From an uncultured Bacteroidales bacterium (GTDB lineage Bacteria; Bacteroidota; Bacteroidia; Bacteroidales; FEN-979), in NCBI GenBank assembly GCA_903926565.1, contig CAIYJU010000196.1, positions 22 through 64,021 on the forward strand: DNA of 64,000 nt, in the 5' to 3' direction. The first letter of the stretch is position 1; every line of letters begins with the position of its first letter. The translations under genes and the position numbers were made by a program. The notes below the pieces were generated by a model. The model made no database searches. It saw nothing but the letters and a program-made list of their open reading frames with translations, and was not told where the DNA came from. Shown piece after piece: positions 1-9,852 of this stretch.

Positions 1-129
1 GAAAAGTGTAAATTTTATGAAGGTGACAATCCGGTTAGCCCGGGGTGCTTCTTCAATTGTCAAGTCGGCCATTCAATTCTTCGTCAATCGTTATATTTCC
101 ATCGGAATCTCAATCAGGCCGCAAAATTA

Positions 130-978
130 CTAAAAAAGTTCAATATTGTCGATTAGTCTCACATCTCCCACGAAAACAGCAACAAAGGCAACATCCCGCG
201 CCAGGTTATCCCAATTTTCAACAGGCATCAGGGTCTCATTGTCGGCGATTTCGAGGTATTCCACCCTGAAGCCCGGATGTTCTTCAATTTTTCTGACGGC
301 CCATGTAAGTAATTCGTTTACTGATATGTTCCCGGCTTCCATCCTCACTTTTTGAAGAACCTTGTAAATCCCCGGAGCCAGGTTCCTGTCTGACGCACTG
401 AGTCGTGTATTGCGCGAACTCATTGCCAGGCCGTCTGGGTCTCTCACGGTTTCACAGGGAACAATCTCCACCGGCAAATTCAGTGTTTTAACCAGGTATT
501 TAATGACAGCGAGCTGTTGAAAGTCTTTCTTGCCAAAATACGCCCGGGTTGGCTGTACAATATCAAAAAGTTTTTTTACAACAATGGCCACTCCGTTAAA
601 ATGGCCCGGGCGGAATTTGCCCTCCATGACCTTGTCAAGCATGCCGAAATCCAGGTTGAGATCAACGGGTTCAGATTCAGGATACATCTCGTCTGCTTCC
701 GGCACGAAAACAATATCACATCCAAGTTCTTCAAGCAAAAGGGAATCCCTCTCAAGTGTCCGCGGATACTTTGCCAGGTCTTCCTTATTGTTAAACTGTA
801 TCGGATTTACAAATATGCTGCAAACGGTGAGGTCATTTTCCTGCTTTGATCTCCTGATCAGGTTAAGATGCCCGTCATGCAGCGCCCCCATCGTTGGCAC
901 AAATCCAATAGAAAGTCCACTCTCAGCTGATTTTCTAAGGTGTTCAAATGTTTGACCAATGCCAGTGAATTGTTTCAT
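130..978 (-). CDS. panC: Pantoate--beta-alanine ligase
   Basis: IGFVPTMGALHDGH (HIGH-like motif), SIFVNPIQF, RPGHFNGV, FGKKDFQQ, GLAMSSRN and C-terminal VRLIDNI. Confidence 0.97.
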   Translation of the reverse strand: MKQFTGIGQTFEHLRKSAESGLSIGFVPTMGALHDGHLNLIRRSKQENDLTVCSIFVNPIQFNNKEDLAKYPRTLERDSLLLEELGCDIVFVPEADEMYPESEPVDLNLDFGMLDKVMEGKFRPGHFNGVAIVVKKLFDIVQPTRAYFGKKDFQQLAVIKYLVKTLNLPVEIVPCETVRDPDGLAMSSRNTRLSASDRNLAPGIYKVLQKVRMEAGNISVNELLTWAVRKIEEHPGFRVEYLEIADNETLMPVENWDNLARDVAFVAVFVGDVRLIDNIELF

Positions 979-1045
979 TGTAATTTGTAAAAAAAATCAG
1001 ATTCCCCCAGGCTCTCATTTTTGGGAAGTCTGGCATCCCAATGGT

Positions 1046-1053
1046 CAAAGATA
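1046..1053 (-). promoter_or_regulatory. Bacteroidota sigma-A -7 box (TATCTTTG) upstream of panC
   Basis: Matches the TAnnTTTG consensus on the minus strand, ~70 nt above the panC ATG. Confidence 0.6.
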
Positions 1054-1210
1054 ATACGAATTCAGATGTTGTGAAGTCGATCAGGGATAATTTATTTCCA
1101 TTTGTTTTTTAATAATACTTATCGTACCTTGCATTGTTTTTCGATAATGTTACCCAAAATTGCAGTTAATTTGCAATTTTATTGTAGTGATTTTAGATAC
1201 CATCAACCAC

Positions 1211-1576
1211 ATGTACCGGATACTGCAAATTGAGGATCTCCCTTCTGATGCCTATTTGGTTAGAAGAGAGGTTTCCAGAGTACTTAATGATGCCTGTGAA
1301 TTTCAAATTGTTGAAGACAGGGAGGCATTTGAAACCGCCTTGTCCGAATTTAATCCGGATTTAATTATATCTGATTTTAGCATTCCCGGGTTTGACTGGC
1401 AAACTGCCCTAAGGCTTGTGACTGAAAAGGACCTTGGTACTCCATTCTTTGTGGTTTCTGGTTCAATCAGTGAAGATATCAGAAAGGAGTGCATTGCTGC
1501 CGGGGCCACAGAATTTATTTGTAAGGATAACATAGCAAAATTGGGTCCTGCAGTTACAAAGGCCCTGGGAAAGTAA
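1211..1576 (+). CDS. Single-domain response regulator (receiver only)
   Basis: ILQIED, PDLIISDFSIPG (phospho-Asp), VVSG, EFICK. ATG at 1211 preferred over the TTG at 1160. Confidence 0.88.
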   Translation: MYRILQIEDLPSDAYLVRREVSRVLNDACEFQIVEDREAFETALSEFNPDLIISDFSIPGFDWQTALRLVTEKDLGTPFFVVSGSISEDIRKECIAAGATEFICKDNIAKLGPAVTKALGK

Positions 1577-1580
1577 CTTC

Positions 1581-2810
1581 TCAGAGTGTTCCCTCATCGT
1601 ATGCTTTCTCTCCGTGCAGAGCTGCATCCAGCCCTGCCTGTTCATGTTCCTGTGACACTCTCACCGGTGTGATCAGGTTGATCAGGGCCAGCATGATGTA
1701 GGTGAAGATGAATGCATACGCAGATGCTGCAATTACCGTGATCAGTTGTTTAAAGAAAAACGAACTCTGGCCAAACCACAGCCCCTCAGAAACTATTGCA
1801 GGATTGATCATTTTGGTTGCGAAAACTCCCAAAAGGATAGAGCCAAGTACGCCACCAACCCCATGAACACCCCAAACATCCAGTGCATCATCCCATTTCA
1901 GTTTGTTCTTGAGCTGCACAGCCATATAGCAGGTTACCCCTGCAGCAATACCGATAATAGGTGCCGACCACATCGGGACAAATCCCGCACAGGGGGTGAT
2001 GGTGGCCAGTCCGGCAATTGAACCTGTAAGCAAGCCAAGAAGCTTGGGTCGTCCTTCACGGAACCATTCAATGGCAACCCAGGCAGCAGTGGCGAATGAC
2101 GCAGCAACATCGGTATTAATGAAGGCCAGGGCGGTGATGTTATCCACCTGCAACTCGCTGCCGGCATTGAATCCATACCATCCAAACCAGAGCAGTCCAC
2201 TGCCGATGGCAACGAGTGGGATGCTGTTCGGGGTCGAATTCTTATCAGTCCGGGCTCCAACATAGAAAACTGAGGCCAATGCAGCAAATCCGGCCGTAGC
2301 GTGTACAACAATTCCACCTGCAAAGTCTAAAACTCCCCACTGTGCGAGTAATCCATTCCCCCATATCATGTGAACAAACGGGTAATAAACCATGATCTGC
2401 CATACAGTGAGGAAGATCATATAGGAACGGAAGGTGACACGGTTTACAAATGCCCCGGTGATCAAAGCTGGCGTGATGATGGCAAACATCATCTGGTAAA
2501 CGATGAAAACTATTTCAGGGATCTTGCCATTGCCGGCATAAATTGAATCAATACTCACTCCGTTAAGGAAAACTTTGTCAAGATTTCCAAAAATCCCGCC
2601 TTCTCCGCCGCTGAAACAGAGGGAGTAGCCGAAAGTAACCCAAAGTACAGTGGTCCAGCCCAGTGAGGCAAAACTCTGGATCATGATACCCAGAATATTT
2701 CGCTTGGTGGCCAAACCACCATAGAAAAATGCCAGCGCCGGCGTCATTAACATAACCAGACTTGCCGACAAGAGCATGAACCCGGTAGAACCAATATCAA
2801 TTGTTCCCAT
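1581..2810 (-). CDS. amtB: Ammonium transporter (Amt family)
   Basis: LVMLMTPALAFFYGG, YQMMFAIITPALITGA, DFAGGIVVH, LLWFGWYGFNAGS, DDALDVWGVHGVGG; about 11 hydrophobic segments. Confidence 0.96.
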   Translation of the reverse strand: MGTIDIGSTGFMLLSASLVMLMTPALAFFYGGLATKRNILGIMIQSFASLGWTTVLWVTFGYSLCFSGGEGGIFGNLDKVFLNGVSIDSIYAGNGKIPEIVFIVYQMMFAIITPALITGAFVNRVTFRSYMIFLTVWQIMVYYPFVHMIWGNGLLAQWGVLDFAGGIVVHATAGFAALASVFYVGARTDKNSTPNSIPLVAIGSGLLWFGWYGFNAGSELQVDNITALAFINTDVAASFATAAWVAIEWFREGRPKLLGLLTGSIAGLATITPCAGFVPMWSAPIIGIAAGVTCYMAVQLKNKLKWDDALDVWGVHGVGGVLGSILLGVFATKMINPAIVSEGLWFGQSSFFFKQLITVIAASAYAFIFTYIMLALINLITPVRVSQEHEQAGLDAALHGEKAYDEGTL

Positions 2811-2859
2811 AATTTTGATTTTAAATTATTTTATTTACGATTTACGAATTAATTCGCAC

Positions 2860-3687
2860 TTACAGGGAGATTCCAAATACAAGGAATAGGCTCTGCGCCT
2901 GCGGATTGGTAATTGCAGAGCAGAATACGGGCAGAGAATATTCACTGGAGATCCGGATGGTTTTTGTGAAAGTACAGCCGGCATTGATGATGCCACCTGA
3001 CGGACCATACCACGAGGACCCAAACGGAATCCCTCCAAGGAAGGGTTTTATACCAAAACCTTTGACATTAAACTGGTATGCGGCTTCAAAATAGGTGGAG
3101 TAATTGTTTTCACTACCCGCACCATAAACTCCGGTGGAGTCTTTGCCTTTGTCAGCGCCATAAATAAGTGTTCCTGCATAGAGCTGAAGCGGGAACTTTT
3201 CAGTGCCTCCCCAGGAGAGGCATGCTTCAAGGGTATGGCCTGTTGTTCCGGATTTAAAGTTGAAATATTTGTTCCCGTTGTTTGGATCGAGTGAATTTGG
3301 AAAAAAATAGTCATAAGCCATGATGGTGAATCCTTTCCAGGTATAGGAAAGGTACAGGTCGACTTCAGCGTAGTGCCCCATGTTGGCTATGGTGGAGTCA
3401 TTGATTTGTTTCGAGTACTGTCCGAGTCCGTATGAACCCCAGAAACCTGCTTTGAATCCGGCAACCGAGAAAGCCATGGCCGGCTGAATACCGGGGGAGT
3501 TGCCATAATCTGATCCGCGCCAGATATAACGGCTTACAAGGTCGGCACCAGCACTGAAGGCCGCACTACTTCCGGTTTTTTCCTCCATTTTATTTTCATC
3601 CTGAAGCTGGGCATGGCCTTGCATGCATAGTCCAATGAAGAGGCTTACCAGGATGATCGATCTTAAAAATAAATTTTTTCTGGTCAT
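2860..3687 (-). CDS. Outer-membrane beta-barrel protein (TorF/Gcw_chp-like), next to amt
   Basis: Signal peptide, GADLVSRYIWRG and EVDLYLSY motifs, alternating beta-strands, C-terminal FLVFGISL. ATG 3687 preferred because the TTG at 3720 lies inside a TAACATTG promoter-like box. Confidence 0.7.
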   Translation of the reverse strand: MTRKNLFLRSIILVSLFIGLCMQGHAQLQDENKMEEKTGSSAAFSAGADLVSRYIWRGSDYGNSPGIQPAMAFSVAGFKAGFWGSYGLGQYSKQINDSTIANMGHYAEVDLYLSYTWKGFTIMAYDYFFPNSLDPNNGNKYFNFKSGTTGHTLEACLSWGGTEKFPLQLYAGTLIYGADKGKDSTGVYGAGSENNYSTYFEAAYQFNVKGFGIKPFLGGIPFGSSWYGPSGGIINAGCTFTKTIRISSEYSLPVFCSAITNPQAQSLFLVFGISL

Positions 3688-3811
3688 TGCAACGTGATTT
3701 GTTAATGTTTTCACATGCAATGTTAGGTCGATATGGTCGTTCCTGCAATCCCGTAAACTACTGAATTTTAATTAGCTAAAACGAGGGTGGGTTATAAGTG
3801 AAATACGTAAG

Positions 3812-4471
3812 TTATAATTCTACAATCTTATTCCGGATGGCATATTTGATCAGTTCAACTGTCGATTTTAGTTCGAGCTTTTTCATAATGTGATTTTTAT
3901 GAGTCTCAACCGTACGAATACTGATATCGAGCTGATCGCTGATCTCTTTGTTGATATAACCTTCGGCAAAGAGCTTTAGAATCTCGATCTCACGTGTGGT
4001 GAGCGGGATTGGCCCCCGCTGTGGAAGCAGGTCGTCCTCCTTTGCTTTGCGGACATAACTTTTCAGCATGATCCGTGAAATGGAATCTGAAAAGAACTCA
4101 TCTCCATTATAAATGGCATGAATGGCGCTCAGCAGTTCCTCTCTGGAGGTATTCTTTGGCAGGTATCCGCGTGCCCCGGCTTTCACAGAATTGAAAATAA
4201 AATCTTCATTGGTGTACATGGAGAGTATCAGGACACGTGTCTGGGGATAATCAACCGAAACACGTTTTGTGATCTCAATACCATTGGTGTCAGGCAGGGA
4301 GATGTCCAGGATCAGCACATCCGGAGGTTCAATTGCGATTTTCTCAAAACATTCTTTTCCGGAGGAGGCTTCCCCGAGAATAATCAGGTCATCGGAACTG
4401 ATTAGCAAAGCTTTGATCCCATCCCTTACGAGCTGGTGATCATCCACGAGGAAAATCCTGATTTTTGACAT
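3812..4471 (-). CDS. NarL/LuxR-family response regulator
   Basis: VDDHQLVRDG, DVLILDISLP, LTTREIEILKL, ISIRTVETHKNHIMKKL helix-turn-helix. Confidence 0.95.
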   Translation of the reverse strand: MSKIRIFLVDDHQLVRDGIKALLISSDDLIILGEASSGKECFEKIAIEPPDVLILDISLPDTNGIEITKRVSVDYPQTRVLILSMYTNEDFIFNSVKAGARGYLPKNTSREELLSAIHAIYNGDEFFSDSISRIMLKSYVRKAKEDDLLPQRGPIPLTTREIEILKLFAEGYINKEISDQLDISIRTVETHKNHIMKKLELKSTVELIKYAIRNKIVEL

Positions 4472-6194
4472 AAGTTGTGATTATTGGTACATCTAAGGTG
4501 ATGGTTGTTCCTTTCAACGGAATTGAATGAATTGTAATCTGACCTTGCAGTAAACTAGCCCTTTCCCGCATGTTGTGGATGCCATTCCCAGCTTCAGCCC
4601 CAAGGGTTTCAGGTGAAAATCCTTTGCCGTCATCGCGAATTACCAGTCTGAGCTGGTCGGTGTCACGGGTAAGGTAAACCCATACTTCCTTGGATTCTGC
4701 ATGTTTCACAATGTTATTCAGCGCTTCCTGGGTAAGCCGGTAAATATAAGTCTTGATTTTTTTATTCAGGTCGTCGAAGTTTCCTTTTGCTTCAAAATGG
4801 ATCCGCAGGTTGCTGTGCTCCTCTGTTTCAGAAAAGAGATTGCGGAAGGCAATCGGGATGCTGAAGACTTCAAGTACCGATGGCATGAGATTGTTTGAAA
4901 TCCTGCGTACCTCATCAATGATCTGATCAAAGTAATTCTTCAGCTCCTGGATGGAGTTTCGAATTTCATTCCCATCCTGGTACAGAAGATTTTCAAGCCG
5001 AAGTTTGATGGCAATCAGAGACTGCCCGATGCCGTCGTGCAGCTCACGTGAAAGGCGCTGCCGTTCCATCTCCTCCCCGTCAAAAACCGACCGCATGCGG
5101 CCAAAACGTTCCATCTGAAGTTCAGTCGTCTTTTCCTTTATTTGCCTGGCCATCGTATTGAATGATTCTGTCAGTGCCCCGATCTCATCCATTGAATCAA
5201 CCGGAAGATCCAGGCTGTACACTCCCTTTCCCAAACTGACCGTTGCATTCCTAAGCCTGTTGAGCGGTTTTGTAATTCTCCTGGAAATAAGAAACACAAT
5301 CCCAAAAAAGATGATGGTCAGGATGGCGCTCAGCAAAAGGATCCGTGTCCGTGTTTCGTAAATCGGAACCATGGCTTCCTTAACATCGATCTCCGACAGA
5401 ATTGCCCATTTCAACCCCGGAACATCAATGATGTCGAATGATGAAAGGACAGGAATATTTCGATAATCATTGGTCGTAATCGTACCTGTCATGCCATTGA
5501 CAGCATCAACAACAGATTGGGTTTTAACTTTGGTTTGAAGGATGGAATTTGGTTGAAATCTGGAAGTGGAACGCATCAGGAAATCATCGCCAACAAGATA
5601 GGTCTCGCCGCTCAGGCCCAGACCACTCAATGGATCATTGTTCAACATGATGGCATTCACTGCCTCTATAGAAACAGCAAGGATGAGGATGTTGCCGGTT
5701 GTTGTGATATCTTTACCTGTAGCTGGAATTTTAGCTGCCATAAGCTGGTAAGGAAATTGTTGCCGGTTATCACGAACCATGTCCAAAAGTACGACTGACT
5801 TGCTTTCAAGTTGCTCACGGAGTTTGATGAGACTGGTTTCGGGGATGACCGGAAGCGGCGCACTGTTGGTGTCAGATAACCTGCCAAGAGCCACTATCTT
5901 ATCCTTGTCAAGAACGTAAAAAAATGAGAAGTACTGCCCGGGCAACCGATATGCCGGGCCAGTAGTGGGTTTTCCCAATTCAGCCATCAGCCTGATCTCC
6001 CTCTCCCTGTCGGAGTAAAACTGTTCAATCTGCTTCTTTTTAACGATCCGCAAAGATGTCAGCTGATCAAAAGTACGGCTCATCAATGCCTCTTTCGTGC
6101 TGTAAAATGAAACCGTGCTTACAACCATAATTGCACCCATGCCTAACAGGACGAAATAGAGAATGAGTTTTTCGCTGAGCGAGTCGATCTTCAT
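4440..6194 (-). CDS. Membrane sensor histidine kinase (Cache-like sensor, HAMP, HisKA_3, HATPase)
   Basis: Two TM helices, periplasmic GLSGETYLVGDDFLMRSTSRF, HAMP (DEIGALTESFNTM), ERQRLSRELHDGIGQ, QEALNNIVKHA, DDGKGF. Overlaps the cognate regulator gene. Confidence 0.93.
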   Translation of the reverse strand: MKIDSLSEKLILYFVLLGMGAIMVVSTVSFYSTKEALMSRTFDQLTSLRIVKKKQIEQFYSDREREIRLMAELGKPTTGPAYRLPGQYFSFFYVLDKDKIVALGRLSDTNSAPLPVIPETSLIKLREQLESKSVVLLDMVRDNRQQFPYQLMAAKIPATGKDITTTGNILILAVSIEAVNAIMLNNDPLSGLGLSGETYLVGDDFLMRSTSRFQPNSILQTKVKTQSVVDAVNGMTGTITTNDYRNIPVLSSFDIIDVPGLKWAILSEIDVKEAMVPIYETRTRILLLSAILTIIFFGIVFLISRRITKPLNRLRNATVSLGKGVYSLDLPVDSMDEIGALTESFNTMARQIKEKTTELQMERFGRMRSVFDGEEMERQRLSRELHDGIGQSLIAIKLRLENLLYQDGNEIRNSIQELKNYFDQIIDEVRRISNNLMPSVLEVFSIPIAFRNLFSETEEHSNLRIHFEAKGNFDDLNKKIKTYIYRLTQEALNNIVKHAESKEVWVYLTRDTDQLRLVIRDDGKGFSPETLGAEAGNGIHNMRERASLLQGQITIHSIPLKGTTITLDVPIITTYVKNQDFPRG

Positions 6195-6204
6195 GGTTTT
6201 TTAC

Positions 6205-6255
6205 TACTTTTGGCTATCACCGCCACGACAGGATTTCGATGCAGGGGCAAACATA
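6205..6255. promoter_or_regulatory. Face-to-face -7 boxes for the divergent kinase and aminopeptidase genes
   Basis: TACTTTTG at 6205-6212 (+) and TATGTTTG at 6248-6255 (-). Confidence 0.5.
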
Positions 6256-6271
6256 ATAAAAATATCTATTT

Positions 6272-8659
6272 ATGAAGTCACTTTTTGTAAGAGAAACACG
6301 TAAACCCCTCGTTAACACCCTGATTTTATTTTCGATAATCACAGGCTTCATGAACCTGGGCTCCTTATCGGCCCAGGTTAAAACAGTAACCTATTATGCC
6401 GATCCTTCGGGTGTCCCTGCGGATTTGCCAATAACAATCAGGCACCTTACCGCCCATGTCAATTTCCAGCCGGAGAAAAACCTGGTTATTGGAACTGCTG
6501 AATTCACTTTTGTTCCGAATCGTTACCAGGTTGATTCCATAATGTTTCATACCCCCGACTTCCTTGTTTCATCAGTGAAAATAAACGACAAAGAGGTTAA
6601 ATTCCGCCAGGTCGCAAACAACCTTGTGATTGATCCGGGGTCATCCATTCCCCATCCTCTGAAAGTCGGACCCGATGCTTCATCCGAATCACAGATACAA
6701 ATTGCCTATACTGCAACTCCCCTTTCAGGCCCCATCTATTTCATTGGCTGGAGGCCGGAGGAAGAAGGGAAACGCAAACAGATATGGGCGCACCGGCCGC
6801 ATGGCTGGATCCCATACATGGACGGCCGGATCACGGTTGATTTGTTTGTCACCTTCGACAGTGCCTGCAAGGTCTTTTCCAACGGTGAGCGGCTCGAAGT
6901 GAAGGCAAACACAGATGGTTCCAAAACATGGCATTATGCCATGAAGAAGGACCATCCGTTTTTCTCTACAGCACTGGTTATCGGCGATTATAACTTTAAA
7001 AGCACCAAGACATCACAGGGAGTGCCGCTGGAATTCTGGTATTACGCCGATATGCCTGATCGCGTTGGCACTACCTATATGTATACCGAAAGAATGTTCG
7101 ATTTCCTTGAGGACGAACTCGGGTTCAAATATCCTTACCCGGTTTACAGGGAGGCTCCGGTAATCGACTATATGTACGGTGCCATGGAAACCACCACGAG
7201 TACTGTGTTTGGCGACTACATGCAGATAAACCCCAGGGCCTGGTGGCAGCGGAATTATGTGAACGTGAATGTGCATGAACTTGCTCATCAGTGGTTCGGG
7301 AATTGTGTGTCTCATTTTGTCAATCGGGATGTATGGCTTACAGAGAGTTTTGCAACGTATTACGCCAAGATGTTTGAAAAGAGTATCTATGGAGAGGATT
7401 ATTATCAGAATATCCGCAATGATGAAACACGTCTTGCCTTTGAAGCAGCTCAGAAAAACGATTTCCCGGTAGGGGGAAGCCAGGGCGGCGTGCAGCGGAT
7501 CTATCAGAAAGGATCCCTGGTCCTTGAGATGCTTCATAACGTTATGGGTGAGCTTGAATTTAAAGATGCAATCCGGCATTATCTTGAAAAATACGCCTTC
7601 GGCTACGCCGAAACCAATGATTTTATACGATGTGTGTATGACGCAACCGGAAAACCATATAACTGGTTTTTTGATCAGTGGGTGTTAAGGGGTGGCGAAC
7701 CCGACTATCTCGTAAAGGATTCTGTTGCTGCCGATTCAACAGGGAACAGGTCAACGCTGTTTAAGGTTTGGCAGATTCAGAAAGTCAATGAGTTAAACGG
7801 GCTCTTCAAAATGCCCGTCGAATTTGAAGTGCATTATGTGGATGGCACAAAGAACAATTTGAAAACCTGGATCGAAAAGCAATATACAGAAATATCGGTC
7901 CCGAATCCGCTGAAGAAACAGGTAGCCTTTGTGTTGTTTGACCCCAACCGCAAGATACTCAAGAAGGTAACATTCACCCAGCCATTTGAAAGGTTAATTA
8001 CGCAATCGCAACAAGCGGAGAATATGATCGATCGTTATGATGCATGGGTAGGGTTGCGGTCAGAACCAGTATCTAAAAAATCGGAGATTTTGATGACCTC
8101 CTTCAGAAAGGAGACATTCTGGCTGGTTAAATCCGAAATTCTTCAACAGCTTGCCTCCGACCAATCACCTGAAGCAGTGGAACTGTTCAGGCAGGCGTTG
8201 CATGACAAGGATGCCAGTGTTCGAAAAACCGCGTTGCAGGTGTTAAATCCTGTTCCCGACCTGCTTCAGAGTACGGTGGAAGGGTTGCTGTATGACTCAA
8301 GTTACCTGAATGTTCAATTTGCACTGGAAGCACTCTGTGTATCTTTCCCGAAAAACCAGGAACATTACCTTGATATTACCCGGGATATGGAGGGCTGGCG
8401 AGGTAAGAACATCAGGATGTCCTGGCTTGAAATTGCCATCAGAAACGGGAAACGGGAGTATCTACCTGAAATGATCGCTTACTGTGGTCCGAAATATGAA
8501 TTCGAAACCCGCATGAACGCCTTCACCGCCTTAAAGAGGCTTAAATTTACTTCGCCTGAAGTTTCAGGATACGCACAGGATGCAAGTAAACACTGGAATT
8601 ATAAGTTGAGTGGTGTTGCCAGAGAATATGTGAAATTTAGCGAACAGATTAGCCAGTAA
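6272..8659 (+). CDS. Secreted M1-family aminopeptidase with C-terminal HEAT-like repeats
   Basis: Signal peptide, YGAMET (GAMEN variant), HELAHQWFG...WLTESFATY (HEXXH-18-E), IYQKGSLVL, helical C-terminal region. Confidence 0.92.
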   Translation: MKSLFVRETRKPLVNTLILFSIITGFMNLGSLSAQVKTVTYYADPSGVPADLPITIRHLTAHVNFQPEKNLVIGTAEFTFVPNRYQVDSIMFHTPDFLVSSVKINDKEVKFRQVANNLVIDPGSSIPHPLKVGPDASSESQIQIAYTATPLSGPIYFIGWRPEEEGKRKQIWAHRPHGWIPYMDGRITVDLFVTFDSACKVFSNGERLEVKANTDGSKTWHYAMKKDHPFFSTALVIGDYNFKSTKTSQGVPLEFWYYADMPDRVGTTYMYTERMFDFLEDELGFKYPYPVYREAPVIDYMYGAMETTTSTVFGDYMQINPRAWWQRNYVNVNVHELAHQWFGNCVSHFVNRDVWLTESFATYYAKMFEKSIYGEDYYQNIRNDETRLAFEAAQKNDFPVGGSQGGVQRIYQKGSLVLEMLHNVMGELEFKDAIRHYLEKYAFGYAETNDFIRCVYDATGKPYNWFFDQWVLRGGEPDYLVKDSVAADSTGNRSTLFKVWQIQKVNELNGLFKMPVEFEVHYVDGTKNNLKTWIEKQYTEISVPNPLKKQVAFVLFDPNRKILKKVTFTQPFERLITQSQQAENMIDRYDAWVGLRSEPVSKKSEILMTSFRKETFWLVKSEILQQLASDQSPEAVELFRQALHDKDASVRKTALQVLNPVPDLLQSTVEGLLYDSSYLNVQFALEALCVSFPKNQEHYLDITRDMEGWRGKNIRMSWLEIAIRNGKREYLPEMIAYCGPKYEFETRMNAFTALKRLKFTSPEVSGYAQDASKHWNYKLSGVAREYVKFSEQISQ

Positions 8660-8661
8660 GT

Positions 8662-9849
8662 ATGAAGCAAAAAATACTCACCCGGACTGTTCTGGTTGTC
8701 TCCTTTGTAAGTCTTTTCACCGACGTTGCAAGTGAAATGCTTTATCCGGTTATGCCGGTTTACCTTAAATCAATCGGTTTTTCCATACTCCTGATCGGCA
8801 TCCTGGAAGGGGTTGCCGAGGCTACTGCCGGATTAAGCAAGGGCTATTTCGGCAATTTATCTGATCTCACGGGGAAACGGGTGCCATTTGTAAGGGCTGG
8901 CTATATGTTAAGTGCCATTTCAAAACCAATGATGGCCATTTTTGTATTTCCGGTCTGGATTTTCTTTGCCCGCACAATCGACAGGTTTGGCAAGGGAATC
9001 CGCACCAGCGCCCGGGATGCCATGTTGAGTGATGAAACTACACCGGAACACAAAGGGAAAGTTTTCGGTTTTCATCGTTCCATGGATACCATTGGTGCTG
9101 CCATTGGTCCGATACTCGCCCTTATTTTCCTTTGGCTCTACCCCGGTCAGTATAAATGGATGTTCTTCATTGCATTCTTCCCGGGCCTGGTTGCAATTAC
9201 ACTGACTTTTCTTTTAAAGGATAAAACTGCTCCCCCGTTTACTGGCTCACCAAAAAAGGTTGGTTTCTTCTCCTACCTCAGGTACTGGGGTAAATCATCT
9301 CCCGGGTTCCGTCTGCTGGTTGTCGGTTTGCTGGCATTTACCCTTTTTAACAGCTCTGACGCCTTTCTGCTCCTTGCCTTGAAAGAACAGCACCTTTCCG
9401 ATACCATGATGATCGGAGTTTACATTTTTTACAACCTGGTTTATGCACTGTTTTCATATCCAATTGGTGCATTGGCCGACAGGATTGGACTTAAAACCAT
9501 GCTGATCACGGGATTATTCATCTTTGCTGTCGTATATACCCTCATGGGATTTGCAACGTCGCTGGTTGTATTCGGGATCCTGTTTTTTTTATATGGGATT
9601 TATGCTGCATGCAGCGAGGGGATTTCCAAGGCACTCATCTCAAATATGGCAAAGAAACCGGATACAGCTACTGCCATCGGGTTCTATAGCAGCCTGGCCA
9701 GTGTATTTTCGCTTTTGGCGAGCTCGCTTGCCGGTCTTTTGTGGTATTCAATTGGCCCCCGGGCGATGTTTATGGTATCCGGGATCGGTGTGTTTGTAGT
9801 TGTCTGCTACCTGATGGTGGTGTTCCGTTCCAAAGCGGTTACAGCATAG
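8662..9849 (+). CDS. MFS transporter
   Basis: About 12 TM segments; SLFTDVASEM, GNLSDLTGKR, DRFGKGIRTSARDA, GALADRIG. Confidence 0.92.
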   Translation: MKQKILTRTVLVVSFVSLFTDVASEMLYPVMPVYLKSIGFSILLIGILEGVAEATAGLSKGYFGNLSDLTGKRVPFVRAGYMLSAISKPMMAIFVFPVWIFFARTIDRFGKGIRTSARDAMLSDETTPEHKGKVFGFHRSMDTIGAAIGPILALIFLWLYPGQYKWMFFIAFFPGLVAITLTFLLKDKTAPPFTGSPKKVGFFSYLRYWGKSSPGFRLLVVGLLAFTLFNSSDAFLLLALKEQHLSDTMMIGVYIFYNLVYALFSYPIGALADRIGLKTMLITGLFIFAVVYTLMGFATSLVVFGILFFLYGIYAACSEGISKALISNMAKKPDTATAIGFYSSLASVFSLLASSLAGLLWYSIGPRAMFMVSGIGVFVVVCYLMVVFRSKAVTA

Positions 9850-9852
9850 TAT

